Under the pieces are notes generated by a model, which was not told where the DNA came from, did not search any database, and saw only the letters and a list, made by a program, of their open reading frames with translations. A stretch of DNA of 64,000 bases, taken from Nageia nagi (lineage: Eukaryota; Plantae; Pinophyta). Of this stretch, positions 55,153 to 64,000 are shown in pieces. The stretch is taken from positions 172,794,001 through 172,858,000 of the forward strand of contig JBITNC010000001.1 in the NCBI GenBank assembly GCA_050084985.1. The letters run 5' to 3'. Position 1 is the first letter of the stretch, and each line of letters starts with the position of its first letter. A program made the position numbers and the translations under genes.

Positions 55153-55164
55153 TGGTATCAGAGC
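55153..55164 (+). promoter_or_regulatory. Primer-binding site for initiator tRNA-Met
   Basis: TGGTATCAGAGC, 2 nt after the 5' LTR. Confidence 0.95.
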
Positions 55165-56169
55165 ATAGTTGATTATTGGGTTAGAGTGGGTGAAGTCTTG
55201 AAGGATCTTATCAAGCTCCTCAAGGACTGTCATCAAAGTTATTGAGCTTGTGGATGCATTGCAAAGAATTTATCAAATTCTTGCAAGTGTGAGATCCAAA
55301 GCCTCTGAAAATTTCTTGTTTCTGTGGAAGCAAAGAAGCTGCATGAGATAGCTGAGAAGTGTGGGAAGACTGTCGCCATTCAATCCTGGAGTGACTGTGC
55401 ATTGTATTGCGCACTCTATTGTTGTGCCCCCCACGTGTATTGCGTCAGGTTCAGTGTGCGTACGTGAGATCCATTTGCACCTTTCAGGAAGACGATTTCT
55501 TGCAAACGCGAGGTCCATTTGCACCGTTTCTGAATTGATCTGGTTGGAAGACTTCTGTTATGGTGAAACAGTGCCAATACCTATTAAGGAAAGCCAAGTA
55601 ATTGGTAACCTGAATCATCATATTCGATGAGAAGATCTGCCGCCTAAAGAGGAGCCAACGTTGTTGAGAAGTGCGGATAGGAGAGAAAGATGAGAAGGCT
55701 GTGAGGATTGGACGCCATAAGTCCCGCCTAAGAGGAGACTCCCGCATTTACTTGCAAAGGATGTGAACTAATTCCCACTCCAGTACATGGCCTGCGAATG
55801 CTGGGAAATACAAATTGAAGCAGTGTTAAGCCCGCGCTGAGAAGGGAATCCCACGCTTAGAGTCGTGAGGTTGTTGTTCACGTGTTTGGTGACTCGCGCG
55901 GAGGAGGCGTGAAGAGTTGCTGAGATACGTGGGTGAAAGGCGCACTCGGCCAGAAGGGAGCATAAGATCCGATCGTTGACGACAGTCTCCAATCGCCAGC
56001 GATCCAGTATAATCGCCAGCGATCTCTACTAAGTCACCAACAATCTCTGTACTGAATTACAGAATTAAAAACAGCAAGCAAAATTGAGGGGCTTCCAAAA
56101 GGATTTTTTGGGTTTTATCAAAAGGCAATTAAAGATTGCTTTTGATATGATTTTTGTGTGCTAAAATAA

Positions 56170-57825
56170 ATGGATGAAGATATGTCTTATGGCATAAAAA
56201 TTGAGGGTATTAATTTGACCCTAGAAGAAATTAAGGCTCTTATTGGTGAAGAGGAACCTTACATGTTTGGAGGGCATCAAGATGACCCATGTGATGAAGA
56301 TGAAAGTGAACCTGTGAGAGTTGTTTACATGCTTGGTGATATGTCTATTGAAGACACATATGATGAAAACTATGAAGGAGAATTCCTTGGAGAGGAATTA
56401 GATTGGCCTTGTGATGATGCATGTCTCATGGAGGAGACATTTGAAGAGTGTTCATTGAGGACACCAATCCAGCCATATGAAGAGTGCTCCATGGTGGAGG
56501 CACAAACTAAAGAAGTCATTCTCATGGAGGAGAATGAGGAGGAGTCAACCCAATGTTGGCAAGAGTTCTTTTTTGATAAAGAACAAGATGAAGACACCCT
56601 TGAGGAGGAGTGTTCCATGGCTGAAAACTACTCACATGGAGTAGATGAAACTCACTCACATGGAGTGAATGAAGACAAGGCTCAAATCATATGTGATGAT
56701 GATTCCATTGCTCAAGTTGATGGTGAAGACACCCAATGTGAAGATCACCAAGAAGAAACTCTCAAGGAGGAGAGTGTATGTGAGAATCTTCTTCTTGTTG
56801 AGAAGAGAGGAGAAGATGAGGAATGCTTCATGGAGGAGGCACATGATGATTGTCTTATGAAGACAATATGGGATAATGATCTTAGAGAGGTCATTGATGA
56901 AGAAGAAATGGAGGCTATAAACTCCATGTTCATGCAAGAAGATCACTCACCAAGAGTGAATGACAAAGTATATCTCAAGGAGGAGAGAAAGAATAGTGAG
57001 ATAGTACTTTGTGAAGAAGAAAAAAGCACAAAGGAGATCACCATTGGAGGTGAAAAATATTTTTATACTAATGATTTCTTTTGTGAAAACAGGTTGAAGA
57101 ATCCTCAAGTTGAAATAACTTTGGAGGAAACATGGCATGAAGATGGTTTCATTAAAGAAACCTTAAAGGATAGTCTTCTTGTGATGAAGACAATGATGAA
57201 GATTGAAGACTTGGATCATATGGATCCAAATGAAGAATGTAAAACCTTAGTTAGGTGTGATATTTGGAGTGATAATTTGTGTGAGGAGCAACTCAAAGTT
57301 GCATATGTAATTAGCCAATGTGTGGCCATGTATTGTCTCAAAGTATGTGTAGACATTTGTGAGAGAGTAGTGTGGTATAATGATTATTGTGAAATGATGA
57401 GAACATACTCATGTGGAGTATGCTATGATGTAATGAATGCAAGAGCAAATGACTACTTGCAAACATGGTTTAAACACCATATAAAAAATGAGAGAGAGAT
57501 GAAAGAATGGTTCAAACACCATTCTGAGAGAGATTGGTTCTTGAAAACCAATACTTATAGCATTGATGGAAAGCCACTACAAGAATGGTTTGAGGACCAT
57601 GAAGAAGAGAGAATATGGTTGTTGAAGACCATAAAGAATTTTGTTCAAAGGGGAGCAAATTACCAAAAAGCACTCAATCTTGGAGGAGCAACATCAACAA
57701 TGGATGAGATCCCACTTAGAGAGTGGAAGGAGTGCCACCACTTATTTCTTGAAAATTTTGATTTTCTTTTGTATGATTGGAGGAAACGAAAAAGGTTATG
57801 TTTCTTCCAACTTTGTGATGCTTAA
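56170..57825 (+). CDS. Uncharacterised 551-aa acidic, Cys-rich protein encoded by the LTR element
   Basis: Uninterrupted ORF with AAATAAATGG start context, ending 27 nt before the PPT. No gag CCHC, protease, RT or integrase motif seen. Confidence 0.75.
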   Translation: MDEDMSYGIKIEGINLTLEEIKALIGEEEPYMFGGHQDDPCDEDESEPVRVVYMLGDMSIEDTYDENYEGEFLGEELDWPCDDACLMEETFEECSLRTPIQPYEECSMVEAQTKEVILMEENEEESTQCWQEFFFDKEQDEDTLEEECSMAENYSHGVDETHSHGVNEDKAQIICDDDSIAQVDGEDTQCEDHQEETLKEESVCENLLLVEKRGEDEECFMEEAHDDCLMKTIWDNDLREVIDEEEMEAINSMFMQEDHSPRVNDKVYLKEERKNSEIVLCEEEKSTKEITIGGEKYFYTNDFFCENRLKNPQVEITLEETWHEDGFIKETLKDSLLVMKTMMKIEDLDHMDPNEECKTLVRCDIWSDNLCEEQLKVAYVISQCVAMYCLKVCVDICERVVWYNDYCEMMRTYSCGVCYDVMNARANDYLQTWFKHHIKNEREMKEWFKHHSERDWFLKTNTYSIDGKPLQEWFEDHEEERIWLLKTIKNFVQRGANYQKALNLGGATSTMDEIPLREWKECHHLFLENFDFLLYDWRKRKRLCFFQLCDA

Positions 57826-57852
57826 GAACTCTTGCATGAGTTACTTAGCATC

Positions 57853-57863
57853 AAAGGGGAGAA
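57853..57863 (+). promoter_or_regulatory. Polypurine tract
   Basis: AAAGGGGAGAA directly before the 3' LTR. Confidence 0.93.
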
Positions 57864-58172
57864 TGTTGGAATTATACCCTACATATCCCTAAGTCCTAAG
57901 TTATTAGGATTAATTAATTAGGACTAAAGCATTTTCCCTAAAGTATTTCCCTAAAGTCTAAAGTCTAGGATTAAATACTTAGGGTATATTCCTTGTGGTT
58001 TATTGTTATAACAAGTAATTTGTCATGTAGTGATCTAAGGGTGATACGTATAGTGTGAGTTGTTTATGAGAATATTATTCTCAACTTATTATTTTGTCTT
58101 GTAATGGCTTTCTTAAGCCTATAAATATGTAACTCATTTTGATGAATATAGAAGAACATTTTGGTTCTCTCA
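57864..58172 (+). repeat. 3' LTR
   Basis: Identical to the 5' LTR except for one G/A and one T/C transition. Confidence 0.97.
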
Positions 58173-59001
58173 CAAACTGCCTCAATACCTATTGTACATA
58201 GTACATTTCCACAAACATAAGTCATCTTTACAGCCAGCAACACCATTGAACATGACTCAACTCATGGAAGTCCTCTCCTTAACCAAAAAAACCCAAGTAA
58301 CGTCTTCACATCATCTTCTTTGTCAATGCATTTAACACACATCTCCCTTGCTCAATACTTTGATCATCCTTTTTGCAATCAAAAAGAGCCCACATAACCC
58401 AAAAAGGTAGATCATTGTCATCAACAAAATATGGAAGCCATTGTGGATGAAGAACACTAATAATCACCCAAGGCCAAATTGTTGTAATCAGGCATGGGTA
58501 ATATTCTTTCCCCCTTTCATAGTGAAGGGGAAAGGATCATAATATAGCTACCTCAAAATGGTAGAACCCCAAGCATAACACTCTTGCTTGTGTATAATAG
58601 CTTCCACAATATGCACCATGCCAATCGGAAAAGTTATTTTTACTTTTATCTAGATAAATAAGAGATGGCAAGATAACAAAGATGATTAGGCGAATTTGAA
58701 GAAGTCCTCAAGAGGGCTAGCACATGTAACAGATATATAACAATCATGCTTCCCATGGATGTGCCACCTTGACCTTGTCAAGTACCTCTCCAGTTTTTCC
58801 TCTTTTTCTTTTGGTGAAATTGTCTCAAGGGACATTAACCTCACACAATTGGAGACACATAATCCTATATATGTCCTCCAACATGACAATCATATCTCCT
58901 GCAAGTAAATGGAAATTTTCGGTATCATGATCCCCATCTCTCTACTAGAGCAATAAGCATGGCATAGTCAAGAACTACATGTGTCATTCGCAAGGTTGAT
59001 A

Positions 59002-60520
59002 TGTAATATTCTCAAATTTTGGCATCTCACTTACTCTGGCACCTGGAAGTGGGATGTGCACCCTCATGGTGCTCTCTTAGTCATTTAGGTTTATTTTGGT
59101 AGTTTCAGAGTAATTTGGGAATATTCTAGCAATTTTACCATTAATTAGGGACTTTTCTATATTTTTATCCCACTTGGGGGATCTTCAACATGGGACATTG
59201 GACTCCATGAGTAATTATTTGTTATTTTTATTAACTAAATATTTGTAAATTGCAAGGGCCAATTAAGGATGCCAACTAATTATTGTAATTGTAATACCAA
59301 GGCAAATAATAATTGTGAATGCAATATTAGTCTCCTTTAGTGAGGCATTGCATATTTGGGCCTTGATGGGTTGTAATTTGGCATCTCGAGGCACTTAAAT
59401 GCCTTTCAATATAATTATGCTTCCTCCTAAGCCAAACACATTCCTAGGGGCATAGCATGAAGATTCCAAGGAGATGATACTAATCCCAAAGCAAAGAAAA
59501 CATCAAGAGGGGGGCGTTGCATCTTGAGAGACAATCTAGCATGTTAGATGTGATCATGTGGATCCCAAGGCACTACAAGTTGAGGTTTCATCCATGAGTG
59601 GATCTAGACCGCAGGCCTTGATTTTGATGATCCCAATGCACCTAGAGGTGAATGTAGGACAAGGAGGACACCCAAAGTCTATAAAAGGAGGAAGATACCT
59701 CACTTGAAGATATGCTTGTTTTGGAATCTATTTTTCTTCTTCAGGTTGTGGACGTCAACTCCTTCCATTGCCTCTTGTGGACGAAAACCCACAAAGGAGG
59801 TGCTAAGACTTAGCAAGGTTTCATAACTATACATATCACTACTATGAGGATAAGAGCACCTCAAAGGACTTTCTAGCTATATAGGGGTGTTGGCATTACC
59901 CTAGATTATCTTAACACTGCTAGAGACCCTAGTGTCTTGGCCACAGTTCACGAAGGAGAAAGTCCTAGTACAAGCCTTGCCCTTCTGTGGGACAGTCATG
60001 GTTGCTTGTTACTTGTTTTCAGCATTTCTCGAAGATCTTCAATTAGGGCATCATTGCTCTAGACCAAAGGCATGCAATTCAATTTCTCATTGCAATGTTG
60101 ATAGAATTACATTTTGTGGCTCATTATTTGTATTATCTTGAGATCTTACCCTAGAAGGCTAGACATTAGGTTTGTGGATACAATATTGTGTTATCTTGAT
60201 ATCTTAGCCTAGGCGTTGAGCTTGCATGAGTATCACTGCAATACTGTGATTGAATTATGGCATATTTGGCTAGTCATTGGATTTATGAAAGCATAATTGT
60301 TGAGTTTATTCACATGAGGTTGGACATTGGGTCACTTGGACCTAGACATTGGGTTTTGGTTTGCTAATTTTGCCCTTGGAGGCTAGATGTTTGCATTTTG
60401 GATGCTTAGATAGGACTTTTTGGTGCATAGATGACTTAATTGGAATTATTAGTTAATTTTGATTATTTTTGTGAGCCCCTTTGGCATGATTCTGGATCGG
60501 CCCTAGTTCGTAATATTACA
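59002..60520 (+). mobile_element. Solo LTR (1519 bp)
   Basis: TGTAATATT...AATATTACA ends with a perfect TSD TGATA (58997-59001 / 60521-60525). CTATAAAAGG near 59680. Absent from the left arm. Confidence 0.92.
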
Positions 60521-62099
60521 TGATAACAAGCAAAACAACCTCCAACATATGACCTCATCAATAGTGAGGTCACATGCTTGCACAATCTTGATGGCAATGC
60601 TCTATGTAATTTGTGAAATTATCACTACATGCCATGCCTGCACAAAAATTAGCAAAAAAACAACAAAGTTATCAAAAGAAGACAACAAAAAAACCGAACT
60701 TTCACTTCGTTTGGCATGTTCTAAGTTACTCAAAATCAAAGTATATCACAAAACTCTTCTATTTGTTTCTCTCGTTCATGGCACTCCTTTTACAACATTT
60801 TTCAAGAAACATTTTTTCAAGTCATTTAATTGGTACATGATCCTTAGCATTAAAATCTCACCACTTAGGCATTACTTTAAAAAAACAAATTGCATCGCAA
60901 TCATCTTGTAATCATCTCAAAGCCATGCCACAATTTTCATCAAATTTTATCATGAATCCCAAAGTGCCAAAGTTTTGGGACATAATGCATAAAGTGCTAA
61001 TGTTTTGGGACCCAAATCCCAGAATGTCAACCATTTGGTCTTAAGCACCAAAAACACCAACGTTATGGCTTCCAATGCTCAAAATGCATTTTCAAAGCCA
61101 ATTTGCCTCAATTATCAATAGACAATTTTCATCAATTTATCTCATACATTTTCATTTTCAACTTGTACTAACAATTTCATTTTTAGTTTAACATCCTACA
61201 ATCAAAAAGCACATTTCTGTTTCATAGTTTCAGGATTATCAACGTTAACATGAGATTGAATTGCCCAACATAAGGGGCCACTCAGAATTATTCACCCATT
61301 TTATCATCAAAATTATCATTTTCGAGATTGTCTTTCAGCATCATCTTTCAACTTATCAAAAATCATGAACTATCCCAATCGACCACTTAGCATGACTATT
61401 GCAATTCATCAAGGTAAAGACAATTTTCAACATTTTTAATTAGCTTTTCATCCAATACTTTTTGTTTCAAGATGTTTGTTTAACATAAATCTTCACAAGC
61501 ACCTCAAAGCAAAAGGGGAAATCAATATTGTTTGCTTTGCTCTGAAAGAAGGTGCTCACCCATGAATTCGCCTACCCTTTTCAACCTTTGGGGCAAGGAT
61601 AAGTCTCCAACCCTATCACAAAAAGTTTCATCATCATAAGTTTTTAGAATATATTTTCTTTTGCCTAACAATGTAAGATCACAGCAGGGGCAATTGCGTA
61701 AGGCATCATCAAGTTCTATATTCTTTCATATTTTATAACATGTGATCTCAAGTTCTCCCTCAATTACACCCTAAAGAAGGGCAATTTGTAAACCCTTAAA
61801 TTTGCATTTTTGTTATTTGAAATGTATTTATTCAAGTGTTTTATTTGATTTATATCAAGTGTAAATTTTAGACCCACTTGAGGTCCTTTTTAGATATTAA
61901 CTTAATTGATATCTTCTAATTCCACATTATCTCATGACCACATTAGCCTAGGTGCTCTCACATAAGTGAATTGAAAATTAGGCTTAAGTCTATATAAATC
62001 AAAGAACAAAAGCTCATTTGAGAGATAAAATAGAAAAAAAAAAAAAAGACATTTCCTACATTTTCCCCAAAAAGTGCTCTAACTCATATATCTTTTGCA

Positions 62100-64000
62100 A
62101 GACTGATTAGCATTCTTCAAAGTTTTTCCTTAAGTCGCATTCACAAATAAAACAACATAATTCCACAAGGGGTTTGTTCGAACTAGATTGAATATCACAA
62201 AATCTATTCATTGAAGGTTGTTGCATCTTCTTAAACACTTTGCAAGGCCCAATTTTTCTCGAGGTATGTTTGTTATAGCTCCAATTGTTGGGGTATCTTT
62301 CCTTTGTTGAGATGGACCAATACAAATCACCCTTCGTGAAACGTCTTCTCCCTTCAATGCTCATCTACTCTTGTTTTGTAAATCCCATTCATCTTTAACA
62401 ACTTCTCTCTTACTTATTTATGAATTTTAAGAATATTATGGGCAAATGAAATAGTCTCTTGATTAAAATTTTGGAACAAATTTATCAAAACAACAACATT
62501 CTTAGGGTTAACTCCATAGACAATTTGAATTGGAATTGGAGATTTATTGATTGACCTATGAACACTTGAATTATATGCTAAAACTTCATTCCATCTTCCT
62601 TTATTATCACGAACTAAGCATCGCAATAAGTTGCCCAAGCTCCTATTAACAACTTCAATTTTCCCATTTGTTTGTCAACAGTAGGTAGAACTAAATTGGA
62701 GCTTTGTTCCAAGCTGCATCTATTGTCTACACCAAAAATGACTTGTGAACTTTCATCTCTATCATTGGTTATCCTCTTAAGTAACCCATAAATCGTTCCA
62801 TGTTCTTTGAAAAAAATAACACCAATATTAAAAGCATTATTGGTTCTTTTGCAAGGAAGGAAATAGGCCGCTTTAGAAAAACGATCAAATACAGCAAAAA
62901 TAGAATCATGCCTCCTCTATGTTCTTGGCAATCCTAAAACACAATCTATAAAAATATCTTCCCATTGCCTCTTCAGCACAGGTAAATATGTGTATCGTTC
63001 AACATTTTGCTTTCCTCCTCTTACAACTTAACAAATTCTACAATGTGCAACAAACTTAACTACATTTTTCCATAAAATGCAGCTAATCAAATTTTCCACT
63101 CACCAAGTGAAATGTTTTATCCTAGCCAAAATTACCTTCAAGACCACCACTATGCAACTCTGTAATCACTTCTTACCTTCTTGACTCAACTAGTATACAT
63201 AATTGCAGACATTTAAATAAATGGCCATCATTTAAAATATAATCTTCATATTGTTGTCCACCTATCATTAATCCATAAATAGGGCCAAAAATAGGATCAG
63301 TTGCATATATTTTTCGCACTTCATTTCTTCAAAACAAATGATTTTTATACTCAAAATACGAAATAATTCTCGTAAATGAATTAAATCATTTCAAAACTCT
63401 TGCTGAAAACCAAAATATCATCAAAATACACAATGACAAATCTCCCAATTTGCTTTTGAAAAACAAAATTCAATGCACATAAAAGTTGTTGAAGGATGGA
63501 TGAGATCAACCATTCATAGAATCCATCGTGGTTTTAAATGTTATCTTCCATTGATCTATTTCCTTGATCTTGATTTGATGGTATCCATTATATAAATCAA
63601 TCTTCAAAAATATTGACACCTAAAAGAAAGACAAGTAAATCATCCATATGCAGAATTGGATATCTATATTTCACGATGAATTTCTTGATTGCCCATGAAG
63701 CACCACACATTCTCCATTTACCTCCCTTCTTGGGTGTTAACATAGTTGGTATAGCACATGAGCTCATATTAAAGCTCTTTTCCAACAACTCATGAACATG
63801 CCTCTTTATCTCATGTTCAAAAGTTGGTAATTGATATGGAGCAAAATTTGGAAGCTAAGAACTCGAAAGAAAATCAATTTGATGAGTGATGCCTATACTT
63901 GGAGGTAAACCTATCAGTATGTCATTAGGCATAATGTCTTTACACTCTTTTAGCAATTTTTTTATTGGTTGCAATAAACCGAACTTGTTTCAATTCTCAT
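62100..64000 (-). mobile_element. Ty3/gypsy pol fossil, CRM-like (RT N-terminus, integrase; most of RT/RNase H deleted)
   Basis: CAIPTMLTPKKGGKWRMC, VKYRYPILHMDDLL, GNLLRCLV, AYNSSVHRS, QIVYGVNP, KERYP..SYNK..RKIGPCKV. Confidence 0.88.

Larger units (their letters stand above)
54842..58172 (+). mobile_element. Intact, very young non-autonomous LTR retroelement (3331 bp) lacking recognisable gag/pol
   Basis: 309-bp LTRs 54842-55150 and 57864-58172 (TG...CA, 2 mismatches), TSD CAAAC (54837-54841 / 58173-58177), tRNA-iMet PBS and PPT. Confidence 0.97.
54700..60600 (-). pseudogene. PMD pseudogene, right arm (pieces ~60600-60521, 59001-58173, 54841-54700)
   Basis: Minus-strand fragments ALVERW, FHLLAGDMIVMLEDIYRIM, YAWGSTIL and VLRQFELP; the last is split by the LTR element. 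Confidence 0.85.
54700..61846 (-). repeat. Right arm of the long inverted repeat, interrupted by two LTR insertions
   Basis: Reverse-complement match to the left arm once 54842-58172 and 59002-60520 are removed. Confidence 0.9.

Overview
AT-rich, CpG-depleted plant nuclear DNA; the giant TE-filled introns suggest a gymnosperm (inference). One host gene spans most of the window on the minus strand: a PHD-finger/ELM2-like/CW-zinc-finger-like chromatin protein of the Arabidopsis AT2G19260 type. I reconstructed five coding exons by hand (50987-49594, 39515-39449, 39274-39126, 29371-29281, 15151-15104; at least 583 codons in one frame). Three of the introns are 10-14 kb and one has a GC donor; the last exon was not found. 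The introns hold decayed L1 LINEs, an RTEX/CR1-like LINE, two hAT transposase fossils, several hAT MITEs with 8-bp TSDs, three solo LTRs with 5-bp TSDs, Ty3/gypsy fossils and tandem duplications. Two structures stand out upstream of the first coding exon. (1) A roughly 10-kb interrupted inverted repeat (51832-61846) whose two arms each carry a decayed plant mobile domain (PMD) gene, pointing towards each other. (2) Inserted in its right arm, a very young 3.3-kb LTR element (309-bp LTRs with 2 mismatches, PBS, PPT, TSD) with no recognisable gag/pol but a single intact 551-aa acidic, Cys-rich ORF ending in a basic RKRKR motif. Boundaries of decayed elements are approximate and all identities were estimated by eye.
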